DNA of 62,323 nt, filler included, from Thermodesulfobacteriota bacterium (lineage in GTDB: Bacteria > DASVDK01): the NCBI GenBank assembly GCA_036381125.1. It is 4 parts of 4 records of this genome, joined end to end, with 100 filler letters (N's around TTAATTAATTAA, not from the genome) between each part and the next. Parts side by side here need not be neighbours in the genome. Positions count along the whole stretch, not along the records: positions 1 to 20,351 come from DASVDK010000196.1; 3 more parts are not named here. One strand, given 5' to 3'. The notes under the pieces are model-generated. The model was not told where the DNA came from and ran no database searches. It saw only the letters and a program-made list of their open reading frames with translations. Within the stretch, counting starts at the first letter, position 1. The number at the start of each line of letters is the position of its first letter. Shown in pieces: positions 8,990 through 20,451 of the stretch. The position numbers were made by a program, and so were the translations under genes.

Positions 8990-9065
8990 CGACGCCCCCG
9001 CGGGCGGCGGCCACCCGCCGACCGGGGTCTCGCGCGGAGGTCAGCGGGGGGCCGAGCGCCGGCGG

Positions 9066-9094
9066 GGTATATCAGAGGCCCCCCGGGGTGTCAA
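9066..9094 (-). promoter_or_regulatory. Putative sigma70 promoter for the TPR/MglA-like cluster
   Basis: Minus strand TTGACA-17 bp-TATACC, ~80 bp upstream of the TPR gene. Confidence 0.5.
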
Positions 9095-9867
9095 GCCGCG
9101 CGGTGCCCCTGGCGGGCATGGATGAGCCGAAGGCCGTCGAGGGTGAGGAACTCGTCGATTTCCTTGATGGTTCTGGTTTCCGGGGCGATGAGCCCGGCGA
9201 GGCCGCCGGTGGCCACGACGGCCGGGTCCGACCCCGCCTCGCGAGCCATCCGCGTCACGATCTCGTCCACGAGGCCGACGTAGCCGAACACCAGGCCGGC
9301 CTGCATCGCGACGTTCGTCGTGCGGCCGATGACCGACGGCGGCCGGGTGATCTCGATCCGGGGCAGCCGCGACGTCCGTTGCACGAGCGCCTCGGCCGAG
9401 ATCCCGATCCCGGGCGCGATCGCGCCGCCGAGGTACTCGCCGGCGGCCGTGACGTAGTCGAAGGTCGTCGCCGTGCCGAAGTCGACGACGATGGCGGCGC
9501 GCTTGAAGCGCGTGTGCGCGGCGACGGCGTTGACGATGCGGTCGGCGCCGACGTCGGCCGGGTTCTCGTAGCGGATCGTGATGCCGGTGTCGGTGTCCGG
9601 ACCGACGACGAGCGGCACCGTGCCGAACCGGACGCGGCAGAGGTCGACGAACGTCGGGGTGAGCGGCGGCACGACGGAGGCGAGCACCGCCGCGCTGACC
9701 GCGGCGGGCGCGACCCCCTCCAGCGCGAAGCACTGGAGCACCGTGATCGCGTACTCGTCCGGCGTGCGGTCCTTGTGCGTGGCGAGCCGCCACTGATGGC
9801 GCAGCCGATCGCGGTCGTACAGGCCGATGGCGATGTTCGTGTTGCCGACGTCGATGGCCAGGAGCAT
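9091..9867 (-). CDS. coaX: Type III pantothenate kinase
   Basis: MLLAIDVGNTN, VGADRIVN, VDFGTATTFD, GGAIAPG. Confidence 0.95.
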   Translation of the reverse strand: MLLAIDVGNTNIAIGLYDRDRLRHQWRLATHKDRTPDEYAITVLQCFALEGVAPAAVSAAVLASVVPPLTPTFVDLCRVRFGTVPLVVGPDTDTGITIRYENPADVGADRIVNAVAAHTRFKRAAIVVDFGTATTFDYVTAAGEYLGGAIAPGIGISAEALVQRTSRLPRIEITRPPSVIGRTTNVAMQAGLVFGYVGLVDEIVTRMAREAGSDPAVVATGGLAGLIAPETRTIKEIDEFLTLDGLRLIHARQGHRAA

Positions 9868-9873
9868 CGTCGC

Positions 9874-10674
9874 CTACCTCCTGAGGACCGTCACCTCGCC
9901 CGACACGACGGCTCGCCGGCCGGACGGCGTCTCGAGGAGCAGCGCACCGTCGTCGCCGAGCCCGATCGCCACCCCCTCCACCACCTCTGCGTTCGCCCCC
10001 GGCCCGCCGACGGCCACCGCCAGGCGCGTGCCGGGGAGCCCCGAGAGCCTGAGCCATGCCTCGCGGACCGGCTCGAAGCCGTCGCGCCGGGCACGGTCGA
10101 GCCAGGCGTCGAGCGCCTCGAGGAGGCGCCGCGCGACGACCGCCCGGTCCACCTCGCGGCCGAGCACTGCCGCGAAGGAGGTCGCGTGCGGCGCGAGATC
10201 GGCCGGCAGGCTCGACGGGTCGAGGTTCACGTTGACGCCGACGCCGAGGACGAGGTGCTCGATCCGCCCCGCCGGCCCGGTCTCGAGATCGGCCAGCACG
10301 CCCGCCGCCTTGCGGCCCCCGAGGAGGAGGTCGTTCGGCCACTTGAGGGTCGGCAGGAGCCCGGACGCGAGCGCCGCGCTGGCCACGGCCACGCCGCCGA
10401 GGAGCGTGAGCCGGGGCGCGGCGGGCGCCGGCAGGTCGGGACGCAGGAGGACCGACAGGTAGACGTTGACGCCGGCCGGCGAGACCCACGTGCGGCCGAG
10501 CCGGCCGCGCCCCGCCGTCTGCGCATCGGCGAGGACGGCGAACCCCTCGGGCGCGCCGGCGCGCGCCGCCTCGCGCACCAGGTCGCTCGTCGAGCCGACG
10601 GCGCCGTGCACCTCCAGCGGCCGGCCGACGACCCGCGTGGCGAGGCCGCGCTCGACGGCGTCGCGCGTGAGCAC
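9874..10674 (-). CDS. birA: Biotin--[acetyl-CoA-carboxylase] ligase (no HTH domain)
   Basis: QTAGRGRLGRTW, LKWPNDL, KAAGVL, LGVGVNV; GTG start inferred. Confidence 0.9.
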   Translation of the reverse strand: MLTRDAVERGLATRVVGRPLEVHGAVGSTSDLVREAARAGAPEGFAVLADAQTAGRGRLGRTWVSPAGVNVYLSVLLRPDLPAPAAPRLTLLGGVAVASAALASGLLPTLKWPNDLLLGGRKAAGVLADLETGPAGRIEHLVLGVGVNVNLDPSSLPADLAPHATSFAAVLGREVDRAVVARRLLEALDAWLDRARRDGFEPVREAWLRLSGLPGTRLAVAVGGPGANAEVVEGVAIGLGDDGALLLETPSGRRAVVSGEVTVLRR

Positions 10675-10682
10675 GGACCGTC

Positions 10683-13412
10683 CTACGTTCCCGCGATCAC
10701 GGCGCGCACGCGCGCCAGGTTCTCGGCGAGCGCCCGCGCGTCGGTCTCGTAGGCGGCGAGCTTGGCCCGCTCCTTCTCGACGACCTCCTCGGGCGCCCGC
10801 GCGACGAAGTCCGCCTTCGCGAGCTTGGCGCGCGTGCCGGCGGCGAGCGACTCGACGCGCGCGAGTTCCTTCTCGAGGCGCGTCGCCTCCTCGCGGATGG
10901 CCGCCTCCCCCACCTCCACGAGCACCTCGACGCCCCGCACCACCTCGGCCGCCGCCCAGCGCGGCGCCGCCGCGCCCGGCCCGGTGATGGTCACGTCGGC
11001 GTTGGCGAGCGGCTCGACGTAGGTGCGCGCGAGCGACTCGAGGAGCGCCCGCCGCTGCGTCCCGTCGCCGCCCGCGGTCCCGAAGCGGACGAACGGGGCG
11101 ATCCGCCTGGCCGGCGGCAGGTTGTAGGTGCCGCGGATCCGCCGCGCCGCCACGATCACCGCCTGGACGAAGTCCATCTCGTCCTCGGCCGCGGCGTCGA
11201 TGCGAGCCGGGTCGGCCTTCGGGAAGGGGGCCGTCACGAGCATCTCGGCGTCTCCCGGCCGGCGGGGCAACGCGTGCCAGATCTCCTCGGTGACGAACGG
11301 CGCGATCGGGTGCAGGAGCGCCAGCGCCTCGCGGAGCACCTCGACCAGGACCGCCTGGCGCCGGGCGCGCCCGGCCGGCTCGGCCCCGGGCGACAGGTCG
11401 ACCTTGGACAGCTCGATGTACCAGTCGCAGTACTCGTGCCAGAGGAAGTCGTAGATGGCCGCCGCCGCGTCGTTGAAGCGGTAGGCGTCGAGATGCGCCC
11501 GCACCGACTCGACGGTACGCGCCGCGCGCGAGAGGATCCAGCGGTCGGCCAGGTCGAGCGTCTCCCGGGGCAGGTCGGCCACGCGGCCGACCGCGACGCC
11601 CGGGTCGACGTTCATCAACACGAACCTGGCCGCGTTCCAGATCTTGTTGACGAAGTTCCGGTAGCCGGCGATCCGCTCCTCCGCGAGCTTCACGTCGCGT
11701 CCCTGGGCCGCGAGCGCGGTGAGGGTGAACCGGAAGGCGTCGGCGCCGTACTTGTCGACCATCACGAGCGGGTCGATGACGTTGCCCTTGGACTTCGACA
11801 TCTTCTGCCCCTCGGCGTCGCGCACGAGGGCGTGGATGTAGACGTCGCGGAAGGGCTCGCGGCCCATGAAGCGGAGCCCCATCATGATCATCCGGGCCAC
11901 CCAGAAGAAGAGGATGTCGAACCCGGTGACGAGCAGCGAGGTCGGGTAGAACTTCGCGAGGTCGGGCGTCTGGTCGGGCCACCCCAGCGTCGAGAACGGC
12001 CAGAGCGCCGACGAGAACCAGGTGTCGAGGACGTCGGTCTCCTGGCGGAGCGTGGTGTGGCCGCTGCGGCAGGTCGTCGGCGCGTCGACCGCCACGATGA
12101 CGTCGTCGCACGTGTCGCAGAACCAGGCCGGGATCCGGTGCCCCCACCAGATCTGCCGCGAGATGGTCCAGTCCCGGATGTTCTCCATCCAGTTGAAGTA
12201 CGTGCTCTCCCACTGCTCGGGGATGATCCGGATCCGCCCCTCGCGCACGGCCGCGATGGCGGGCTCGGCGAGCGGCTTGATCCTGACGAACCACTGCGTC
12301 GAGACCATCGGCTCGATGACCGTGCGGCAGCGATAGCAGCGGCCGACGGCGTGCAGGTGCGGCTCGGTCTTCACCAGGAGCCCCGCCGCCTCGAGGTCGG
12401 CCACGATCCGCTTCCTCGCCTCGTACCGGTCGAGCCCCTGGTAGCGGCCGGCCGCCTCGGTCATCCTCGCGTGGGTGTCGAGCGCCACCACCTGCGGCAG
12501 GCCGTGCCGGCGGCCGATCTCGAAGTCGTTCGGGTCGTGGGCGGGCGTCACCTTGAGCGCGCCCGAGCCGAACGCGCGGTCGACGTAGGGGTCGGCGATC
12601 ACCGGGATGCGCCGGCCCGCCAGCGGCAGCTCCACCTCGCGCCCCACGAGGTGGCGGTAGCGCTCGTCCTCGGGGTGCACCGCCACGGCCGTGTCGCCGA
12701 ACATCGTCTCCGGACGCGTCGTGGCGACGACCGGCCCCTCGCCCGGGGCGCCCCCCACGAGCGGGTAGCGGATGTGGTAGAGGGCCCCCTGCGTCTCCTC
12801 GTACTCGACCTCGAGGTCGGAGATCGCCGTCTCGTCCCTGGGGCACCAGTTGACGATGTAGCCGCCGCGGTAGATGAGCCCGTCGTGGTAGAGCCGGACG
12901 AAGACCTCGCGCACGGCGCGCGAGAGCCCTTCGTCCATCGTGAAGCGCTCGCGCGTCCAGTCGCAGGAGGCGCCGAGCCGGCGAAGCTGCTTGATGATCG
13001 TCCCGCCCGACTCCGCCTTCCAGGCCCAGACGCGCTCGACGAAGGCCTCGCGGCCGAGGTCGTGGCGGGAGAGCCCCTGGGCCGCGAGCTGCCGCTCGAC
13101 GACGTTCTGCGTGGCGATGCCGGCGTGGTCCGTGCCCGGGACCCACAACGCCTCGAAACCGTCCATCCGCTTGTAGCGGATGACGATGTCCTGGAGGGTG
13201 TTGTTGAAGGCGTGCCCCATGTGGAGCGAGCCGGTGACGTTGGGCGGCGGGATGACGATGCTGAAGGGCGGCTTCGGCGACCGCGCGTCGGCGGTGAAGG
13301 CCCCGCGGTCGATCCAGGCCTGGTACCAGCGCGCCTCGATGCGCGCCGGCTCGAGCGCCTTCGGGAGCGCCGTGACGGGGCGTTCCTGCACTGATCCGGT
13401 CTTCTCGGGCAT
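10683..13412 (-). CDS. valS: Valine--tRNA ligase
   Basis: [34 protein letters not shown]-terminal coiled coil. Confidence 0.97.
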   Translation of the reverse strand: MPEKTGSVQERPVTALPKALEPARIEARWYQAWIDRGAFTADARSPKPPFSIVIPPPNVTGSLHMGHAFNNTLQDIVIRYKRMDGFEALWVPGTDHAGIATQNVVERQLAAQGLSRHDLGREAFVERVWAWKAESGGTIIKQLRRLGASCDWTRERFTMDEGLSRAVREVFVRLYHDGLIYRGGYIVNWCPRDETAISDLEVEYEETQGALYHIRYPLVGGAPGEGPVVATTRPETMFGDTAVAVHPEDERYRHLVGREVELPLAGRRIPVIADPYVDRAFGSGALKVTPAHDPNDFEIGRRHGLPQVVALDTHARMTEAAGRYQGLDRYEARKRIVADLEAAGLLVKTEPHLHAVGRCYRCRTVIEPMVSTQWFVRIKPLAEPAIAAVREGRIRIIPEQWESTYFNWMENIRDWTISRQIWWGHRIPAWFCDTCDDVIVAVDAPTTCRSGHTTLRQETDVLDTWFSSALWPFSTLGWPDQTPDLAKFYPTSLLVTGFDILFFWVARMIMMGLRFMGREPFRDVYIHALVRDAEGQKMSKSKGNVIDPLVMVDKYGADAFRFTLTALAAQGRDVKLAEERIAGYRNFVNKIWNAARFVLMNVDPGVAVGRVADLPRETLDLADRWILSRAARTVESVRAHLDAYRFNDAAAAIYDFLWHEYCDWYIELSKVDLSPGAEPAGRARRQAVLVEVLREALALLHPIAPFVTEEIWHALPRRPGDAEMLVTAPFPKADPARIDAAAEDEMDFVQAVIVAARRIRGTYNLPPARRIAPFVRFGTAGGDGTQRRALLESLARTYVEPLANADVTITGPGAAAPRWAAAEVVRGVEVLVEVGEAAIREEATRLEKELARVESLAAGTRAKLAKADFVARAPEEVVEKERAKLAAYETDARALAENLARVRAVIAGT

Positions 13413-13590
13413 GACCGGAAATTTTAGCAGAGGGGGCGCTGGAGTCGGGAGGGGAGAGCCGAGCCGGTCGACGGCGCCGCGCCGCTCGAGGGCCGTGGGT
13501 CGCGCCCGCCGGCCGGGCCCCTGCCGGCAGGCGTGGCGCCTGCCGGCCCGGCGCCCGCCGGCACGAGCGGTCGGCGCGTCCGGCTCTCGC

Positions 13591-14952
13591 CTACTTGCCG
13601 GTCAGCTTCCGGATCTCGGCGGTGATGAGCTGCTCGCAGAGGTCGGGGACGACCTCCCAGGCGACCGACTCGATCACCTCCCGCGCGACCCGCGTGACGA
13701 TGGCCTCGATCTGGGCCGGCGGCAGCGTGACGCCGGCGGCCTCCAGGTCGCCCGCCAGCCCCTCGGCAGCCGCCCTGACGCGGCTCGCGAGCGCCCCCAT
13801 GGGGACCGGGGCGGCTCCCACCCGCGTCACCGACTCGACCTGCCAGTCGTCGGCGCCGTCGGCCGGGACGAGCGCGCCGTCCTCGTCGGCCTCCGGCGGG
13901 GCGGCGAGCGGGTCCTCCTCGACGGCCTCGAGCGCCTCGGCCTCGAGGGCCTCGTCGGCGACCTCCTCGAAGTCGGTCAGCTCCATCGAGTCGTCGGCGA
14001 CCTCGGCGAGGTCGGCCCCGTCGCCGATCTCGGCGACCTCGGCGAACTCCGGATCCGCGGCAAAGGCGTCCTCGTCGGGCGCCGCCTCGGCGACCTCCAT
14101 GAGCTCCGCCGCCAGCTCGCCGTTGCCGCCGAAGCCGTCGTCGGTCGAGCCGAAGCCCTCGTCGGTCGAGCCGAAGCCCTCGTCCTCCGCCACCGGCTCG
14201 AGGAGGTCCGGCGCGGCGAGCGGGTCGTCATCCCCGAACGCGTCCGCCTCGGCGGCCGGCTCGGTCGCCTCGCTCTCCGCGAAGTCGAAGGTCTGCTCCC
14301 CCTCGATGCCGGCAACGCCCGCGTCGAGGGCCGGCTCGGTCCCGGGCTCGAAGTCGGACAGGTCCCACACGTCCTCCTCGGCCCCGGATCCGTTCTGGGC
14401 GTCCCAGTCCGCGTCCCCCTCCTGGACGGCGGCCTCGGGGGCGACCTCCTCGAAGGGGCTGAAGTCGTCCAGGTTGAACGAGGAATCGGCTTCGGCCAGG
14501 TCCGGCTCGACGGCTGCCGCCGTCCGCGCCGGGGGAGGGCCCGACGCACCCGGCTGCGCCGGCGGTCGGCCGCCGGGAGTCTGCGCGCGCGATGTCAATT
14601 CGTGCACCTTGTCGATGAGGGTCTGCGACTCGAACGGCTTGGTGATGTAGCCGTCGGCGCCGACCCGGGCCATCTCGGCTTCGTCGAACGACTCGAACGT
14701 ACCGGCCAGGAGCAGCACCGGGGTGTTGCGCAGCTCCGGGTCGTGCTTCACGTACTCGCAGACTTCGTAGCCGTTCTTCCCCGGCATCACGACGTCCGCC
14801 AGGATGAGATCGGGCCTGATCCGCCTGGCCGTCTGGATCGCGTCCACGCCGTTGTCGACGGTCGTGAGCGTGAAGTCCTCGTTCGCGAACGTGATGCCGA
14901 TGACCTTCTGGATGGTGATGCTGTCATCGGCCAGCAAGAGCTTCTTCGGCAT
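13591..14952 (-). CDS. romR: RomR-like response regulator (REC domain, acidic linker, RomR C-terminal region)
   Basis: [25 protein letters not shown] domain; long Asp/Glu-rich linker; C-terminal [29 protein letters not shown] resembles the RomR C-terminal motif. Confidence 0.78.
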   Translation of the reverse strand: MPKKLLLADDSITIQKVIGITFANEDFTLTTVDNGVDAIQTARRIRPDLILADVVMPGKNGYEVCEYVKHDPELRNTPVLLLAGTFESFDEAEMARVGADGYITKPFESQTLIDKVHELTSRAQTPGGRPPAQPGASGPPPARTAAAVEPDLAEADSSFNLDDFSPFEEVAPEAAVQEGDADWDAQNGSGAEEDVWDLSDFEPGTEPALDAGVAGIEGEQTFDFAESEATEPAAEADAFGDDDPLAAPDLLEPVAEDEGFGSTDEGFGSTDDGFGGNGELAAELMEVAEAAPDEDAFAADPEFAEVAEIGDGADLAEVADDSMELTDFEEVADEALEAEALEAVEEDPLAAPPEADEDGALVPADGADDWQVESVTRVGAAPVPMGALASRVRAAAEGLAGDLEAAGVTLPPAQIEAIVTRVAREVIESVAWEVVPDLCEQLITAEIRKLTGK

Positions 14953-15048
14953 CGGATCGTCGCTCGGCTCGGGCCCGGGCTCGTCGGGGGGCCGCGGGTC
15001 GCGGCCTAACCCTCGTATCTGACTGAGGTTTCGACTTCAGAGGGGTGC

Positions 15049-15077
15049 CTTGTATCACGCCCCCGGACCGGTGTCAA
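15049..15077 (-). promoter_or_regulatory. Putative sigma70 promoter for romR
   Basis: Minus strand TTGACA-17 bp-TACAAG. Confidence 0.45.
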
Positions 15078-15115
15078 TGCAATCGGGGGCGGCCTCCCCG
15101 ACGGACCGGCGCCGC

Positions 15116-16348
15116 TCATCGCCCGAGCATGGCGGCTGCCGCAGCGGCGGCGATCACGACGAGCCACGGCGGCCACTTCCAGAGCGCCAGGAGCGCGAAG
15201 GCCGTCAGCGCCAGCGCGAAGTCGACCGGCCGTCCGATCGCACCGGTCCAGACCGGGTGGTAGAGGGCGGCGAGCAGCAGGCCGACGACCGCCGCGTTGA
15301 TGCCCCGCAGCGCCGCCTGGCAGCCGGTGCGCCTGCGCAGGAGGTCCCAGAACGGGAGGGCCCCGACCACGAAGAGGAACGACGGCAGGAAGATCGCGAC
15401 CAGCGTGAGGGCCGCGCCGGCCCATCCGCCCGGTCCCGGCCGCATCAGGGCGCCCAGGTAGGCGGCGAACGTGAAGAGCGGGCCCGGGACCGCCTGGGCG
15501 GCGCCGTAGCCGGCGACGAACTCCCGGTCGGTGACCCAGCCCGGCGGCACGACCTCGGCCTGCAGGAGCGGCAGGACGACGTGGCCGCCGCCGAAGACGA
15601 GGGAGCCGACCCGGAAGAAGCTGTCGAAGACGGCGAGCGCCTCGCTCGACACGACCTGCCGCGCGACCGGCAGTCCGACGAGGAGCCCGACGAGGAGGAG
15701 CAAGGCGGCCGTACCCTGGCGGCGGGTCACCGGGAGCGGGGCGGCCGGGCTCGGCGCCAGGGGCGGCGCCGGGAGCCATCGCCACCCGACCAGCCCCGAC
15801 AGGACGATGATCGCCACCTGCCCCGCGGCCGCGGGCCAGATCGTGGCCGCGACGGCGGCGGCGATCGCCAGCGTCGCACGCGCCCGATCGGGGGCGAGAC
15901 TGCGCGCCATCCCCCAGACCGCCTGCGCGACCACCGCGACGGCCACCACCTCGAGACCGTGGAGCCATCCGGCCTGCGCGACGTCCACCGCGTGGAGGCC
16001 GTAGGCGAAGAGCACGAGGGCGACCGCCGACGGGAGGGTGAACCCGAGCCAGGCGGCGAGCGCCCCCGGCAGGCCCGCGCGGAGGACGCCCACGGCCATG
16101 CCGACCTGACTGCTCGCCGGACCCGGCAGGAACTGGCAGAGCGCGACCAGGTCGGCATAGCTCCGCTCGTCGATCCACTTGCGGCGGACGACGTACTCCT
16201 CGCGGAAGTACCCGAGGTGCGCGACCGGCCCGCCGAACGACGTGAAGCCCAGCCGCGTGGCCGCGGCGAGGACCTCTCCGAACGAGCCGCGCGCCGCCCC
16301 ATCCCCGGGCCCGCCCGGCCGCGAGACCGTCCGCACCTCACCGGTCAT
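15116..16348 (-). CDS. chrA: Chromate efflux transporter (CHR family, long chain)
   Basis: LGFTSFGGPVAHLGYF, CQFLPGPASSQ, GSLVFGGGHVVLPLL, AQAVPGPLF. Confidence 0.93.
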   Translation of the reverse strand: MTGEVRTVSRPGGPGDGAARGSFGEVLAAATRLGFTSFGGPVAHLGYFREEYVVRRKWIDERSYADLVALCQFLPGPASSQVGMAVGVLRAGLPGALAAWLGFTLPSAVALVLFAYGLHAVDVAQAGWLHGLEVVAVAVVAQAVWGMARSLAPDRARATLAIAAAVAATIWPAAAGQVAIIVLSGLVGWRWLPAPPLAPSPAAPLPVTRRQGTAALLLLVGLLVGLPVARQVVSSEALAVFDSFFRVGSLVFGGGHVVLPLLQAEVVPPGWVTDREFVAGYGAAQAVPGPLFTFAAYLGALMRPGPGGWAGAALTLVAIFLPSFLFVVGALPFWDLLRRRTGCQAALRGINAAVVGLLLAALYHPVWTGAIGRPVDFALALTAFALLALWKWPPWLVVIAAAAAAAMLGR

Positions 16349-16471
16349 CGGGCCGCCTCGTCCTCGTGCGGCTCACGGGCGTCGATCACCGTTCGCGCCC
16401 CTCCGCGTCGCCCCACCATCGGCGCTCCCGCTCTGCCGGACGTTCACCCGAGACGCCGGCCCCCTCTCGGG

Positions 16472-16804
16472 TCAGCCGCTGCCGACGACCTCGTCCACCA
16501 GCTCGCGGATCCTCGGGCGGACCTGGGCCAGCAGCCGGCGCCCCGCCGACGTGGCCCGGTAGTACTTCCGGACCCGGCCGCCGATGACCTGCTCCTCTCG
16601 GCGGACGAGGCCGGCGTCCTCCAGGGCGTGCAGCGTCGGGTAGAGGGTGCCCGGGCTCACCTGATAGCCGTGCCGCCCCAGCTCCTCGATCATCTCGAGC
16701 CCGTACACCGGGCCCTCGGCCGCGTGATGGAGGATGTGCAGCTTGATGAAGCCGACGAGGAACTCCCGCAGCACCGCTTCGGCTTCGGCTCCTGGGACTG
16801 GCAT
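16472..16804 (-). CDS. PadR family transcriptional regulator
   Basis: FIKLHILHH...YGLEMIEEL...SPGTLYPTLH...RKYYRAT; start uncertain. Confidence 0.88.
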   Translation of the reverse strand: MPVPGAEAEAVLREFLVGFIKLHILHHAAEGPVYGLEMIEELGRHGYQVSPGTLYPTLHALEDAGLVRREEQVIGGRVRKYYRATSAGRRLLAQVRPRIRELVDEVVGSG

Positions 16805-16973
16805 CCGTCGCGGTCCTCGTGGCGGCGACCGGCGCGGCTCCGGTCCGACCCGAGCAGGGTCGTGCACGGAGGCGATGAGCCGCTCGCTCCCGGGACCGGG
16901 GCCCGCCCCCACCCCTCCCGGGCGCCGCCCCGTCGGCCCGGCGTCCAGCCCGGAGCGGGATATCGCCTGCCGT

Positions 16974-16988
16974 TATCGATTCACGATA
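16974..16988. promoter_or_regulatory. Palindromic candidate PadR operator TATCG-N5-CGATA
   Basis: AT-rich palindrome with an extra GATATCG half-site at ~16959, upstream of padR-chrA. Confidence 0.45.
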
Positions 16989-17350
16989 TCACGATCTTGC
17001 CGCGGGAGGAGCTGCCGCGCCGCGCCCCCGGCCGACGAGGACTCTGGGCCGCGTCGTGGCCCGCGGCAGTCGGCGTGCCGGAGCCGGTCGCGCGCCGGGG
17101 ATCCCGTGGCGTCCTGGCGGCGCGCTCGCACGCATTCCGCAGACCGTCCGCGTGCCGCCGGGCCCGGAGATGCCGACTCGTGCGGCCACGACGCGCCGAG
17201 ACGCTCGAAGGAGAACGCAACGGCCGCCGAGGTGCCGACCGGCCTGGTCACGGCTTACGACCACGACGAGGCCGCGCGTCGGCGCTGGCGGGGGAGCGCG
17301 GTCACGGGGCCGCGGCGCGCCCCCGTCGGCCGCTTCACGGGAGTCGCACC

Positions 17351-17796
17351 ATGAGCACGATGACCACCGTCTGGAAGCCGACGCGGCGGCAGGTCCTGTG
17401 GGCCGGCGCGATTGCCGGCGGCGCCCTGATGGGGCCCCGCCATGCCGCTGCCGGGACCGGGGCGGACGACGCCGCCGGCGTCGCGGCGCCGCCGGGGCCG
17501 GCCGACGTCACGCTCCGGACGAGACCATCCCGATGGTCTTCGGCAAGATCACCCGGGGCCGGGACGGCTTCAACGTCTGGACGATCAACGGCCAGTCGTA
17601 CGAGGCGCACGGCGCGCCGCAGCGCCTGACGCGCGGCCGCCGCTACCGGCTGGCCTTCGACAACCGCTCCGACGACAGGCACCCCCTGCACCTGCACCGG
17701 AGCGTGTTCGAGCTGACCAGCGTCGACGGAAAGCGGACCGCGGGGGTCATGAAGGACGTGGACTACGGGTTCATGAAGGTGTTCGACGTCGTCTGA
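17351..17796 (+). pseudogene. Tat-exported multicopper oxidase remnant
   Basis: Tat-like signal (KPTRRQVLW) then a frame change at ~17517 into a cupredoxin-3 segment (WTING...HPLHLH...KDV) joined directly to DYGFM; the HCH motif and first two domains are missing. Confidence 0.7.
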
Positions 17797-17965
17797 GGAG
17801 TGTTGGGGAGAGGCGCCACGACTCGGCCGGGTGGCTCTTCGGCATCCGGATCCTCCCCGTGCGTTTCCGGACGTTCGCCGCCACGGCCACGGCGATCCGC
17901 CCGGCCGGCGACGACGCGAGACCCGCCGGCGGCCGAGCAGCGGCGAGTCGGGTCGCTTCGAGGGC

Positions 17966-18616
17966 CTAGAGACGCTCGAAGGCGCGCACCTGCTCGTCCG
18001 GACCGATGACGACCAGCACGTCGCCCCTATCGATCCGCTCGGAGCCGTCGGGCGCGGCGATGACCTGGTTGCCCTGCTTGCGGATCGCCACCGCCGTGAC
18101 CCCGTACCTCGAGCGAAGCGCCGCCTCTCGCAGCGTCACGCCCACGAGGGGCGCGGGCGCCACGAGCTCGGCCGCCGTCACCCCCTCGCTCACCGCGAAG
18201 CGCTCGAAGACATTCGGCGTGGCGAGCCGCTCGGCCAGGCGGTAGGCCATGTCGCGCTCCGGGAAGACGACCTCCGAGGCGCCGAGGCGCCTGAGCACCT
18301 TCGCGTGGTCGAGCGTGATCGCCTTGGCGATGATCTTCCGGGCGCCCAGCTCCCGCAGGTAGAGGGTCGCGAGGATGGACGCCTCCATCTCCTGCCCCAC
18401 GCTCACGACGGTCGCATCGGCCTCGGCGATGCCCGCCTGGACCAGCGCCTCCCGGTCGCGGATGTCGGCCAGCAGGGCCTGGCTCGAGAAGGGCCGGATC
18501 TCGTGCACCCGCTCGGGGTCGCGATCGACGGCGAGCACCTCCTCGCCTCGCTCGTAGAGCGCCCGCGCGACGTTCGAGCCGAAGCGGCCGAGCCCGAGCA
18601 CGCCGAAGAACGCCAT
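17966..18616 (-). CDS. KtrA/TrkA family K+ uptake regulatory (RCK) subunit
   Basis: GVLGLGRFG, VVFPERDMA, RCK-C domain. Confidence 0.9.
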   Translation of the reverse strand: MAFFGVLGLGRFGSNVARALYERGEEVLAVDRDPERVHEIRPFSSQALLADIRDREALVQAGIAEADATVVSVGQEMEASILATLYLRELGARKIIAKAITLDHAKVLRRLGASEVVFPERDMAYRLAERLATPNVFERFAVSEGVTAAELVAPAPLVGVTLREAALRSRYGVTAVAIRKQGNQVIAAPDGSERIDRGDVLVVIGPDEQVRAFERL

Positions 18617-18620
18617 GGCC

Positions 18621-19280
18621 TTACCGGACGTACCGCTGCATGGCGTCGAGGTCGGCGTCGGCGCCCATGAGGATCAGGATGTCGCTGTCCTTCACGACGA
18701 ACTCCGGCGAGGGGACGAGGCTCACGCGCTCCGGGATCACCTCCTTGACGGCGATGACCTGGACGCCGAAGCGGTTGCGTACGCGAAGCTCGCGCAGCGT
18801 CTTGCCGATGAACTCGCGCGGCGGCGCCAGCTCGACGATGGAGTACCCCTCGGTGAAGGGGAGGTAGTCCACGACGTTGCGGGCCGCGAGCTTGCGGCCG
18901 AGGCGGTTGGCCACCTCCTTCTCCGGGTGGATCACCTCCGTGGCGCCGATCTTCGCGAGGATCTTGCCGTGGTCCTCGTTGAGCGCCTTGGCGTAGATGG
19001 TCGGCGTGCCGAGCTCCTTCAGGTGAAGCACCACGAGGATCGACGCGTCGATCTTCTGGCCGAGGGAGACGATGGCGGCGTCCACCCGGCCGAGCTCGAG
19101 CGCCTCGAGCGTCTCCATCTCGGTCGCGTCGGCGAGGACCGCCTTGTGGGCGAAGTCCTTGATGGCCTGCACGACCTCCCGATTGTGGTCGACCGCGATG
19201 ACCCGCTGCCCCCGATCGTGGAGCGTCCTGGCCACGTTGAAGCCGAAGGCGCCGAGGCCGATGACGGCGAAGACCGACAC
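18621..19280 (-). CDS. KtrA/TrkA family K+ uptake regulatory (RCK) subunit
   Basis: AVIGLGAFG, VIHPEKEVA, RCK-C domain. Confidence 0.9.
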   Translation of the reverse strand: MSVFAVIGLGAFGFNVARTLHDRGQRVIAVDHNREVVQAIKDFAHKAVLADATEMETLEALELGRVDAAIVSLGQKIDASILVVLHLKELGTPTIYAKALNEDHGKILAKIGATEVIHPEKEVANRLGRKLAARNVVDYLPFTEGYSIVELAPPREFIGKTLRELRVRNRFGVQVIAVKEVIPERVSLVPSPEFVVKDSDILILMGADADLDAMQRYVR

Positions 19281-19353
19281 CCGTTCCCCCCCGAGCGACG
19301 CGCCCGCCCCCGGCGCCGGCCCGCACGGGCGGCGCCGGGGGCCCGGCGGCCAC

Positions 19354-20351
19354 TTACCCTACCACGACCGGCTCTTCCGGGTACTGGAACCGCCCGCGGG
19401 CCGGCCGCGAGAGGCCGAGCGTCAGCGTGAGCGGGCCGACCCGCCCCAGGTACATCATGGCCACGATGACGATCTTGCCCGCGTCGGAGAGCCGCGGCGT
19501 CACGCCGGTCGAGAGGCCGACGGTGCCGAACGCGCTCACCGCCTCGAAGAGCAGATCGAGGAAGAGCCCCCGCCTCGCGTCCGACACGCCGCCGTGCGCC
19601 TCGGTCACCTGCAGGGCGAGCGTCGCGGCGACGACGGCGAGCGCGGCCGCGGCCGCGAGCGTGACCGCCCGGCCGACCGTCTCGCGCGGCACGGCGTGGC
19701 GGAAGAGGTGCACCCGCTCCTCGCCCTGGAGCTGGCTCCGCACGATCCCCCAGAGGATCGCCGCCGTCGTCACCTTGATGCCGCCGCCGGTCGAGCCGGG
19801 CGCGGCGCCGATGAACATGAGCACGATCGTGAAGAAGAGGGTCGGGTTGGCGAGCCGCGCGTAGTCGAGCGTGTTGTAGCCGGCGGTCCGCGGCGTCACC
19901 GCCTGGAACCAGGCGGCCATCACCTTCGCCGGCCAGGGGAGCGCGGCGAGCGTGTTGGTGCGCTCGAGCAGGAAGAAGCCGACCATCCCGACGGCGAGCA
20001 GCAGCGCGGTCGTCGACAGGACGAGCCTCGTGTGCAGCGACAGATCCCGCTCCCGCGCCTTGCCCGTGCGACGCCCCCAGAACTCCCCGATCACGAGGAA
20101 GCCGATGCCGCCGAGGATGACGAGGCCGGGGATGACGACGTTGACCGTCGGGTCGTCCACGTAGTCGACGAGCCCCTGCGAGAAGAGGGCGAAGCCGGCG
20201 TTGCAGAAGGCGCTGACCGCGTGGAAGAGGCCGAACCAGAGCGCCCGGCCGGGCGGCATCTCGAGGGCGAAGCGGGCCGCCAGGGCGGCCGCGCCGACCG
20301 CCTCGATGACGAGCGTCGACACGAAGACCGTCGCGACGAGCCGGCGCAGGT
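19354..20351 (-). CDS. KtrB/TrkH K+ uptake membrane subunit, 3' part (5' part probably at 45183-45495)
   Basis: SAFCNAGF, VTPRTAGY, GSTGGGIK, SAFGTVGLS, MYLGRVG; truncated by the contig end. Confidence 0.9.
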
Positions 20352-20451
20352 NNNNNNNNNNNNNNNNNNNNNNNNNNNNNNNNNNNNNNNNNNNNTTAAT
20401 TAATTAANNNNNNNNNNNNNNNNNNNNNNNNNNNNNNNNNNNNNNNNNNNN
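20352..20451. other. Artificial contig linker
   Basis: N-run / TTAATTAATTAA (stops in all six frames) / N-run, 100 bp. Confidence 0.98.
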
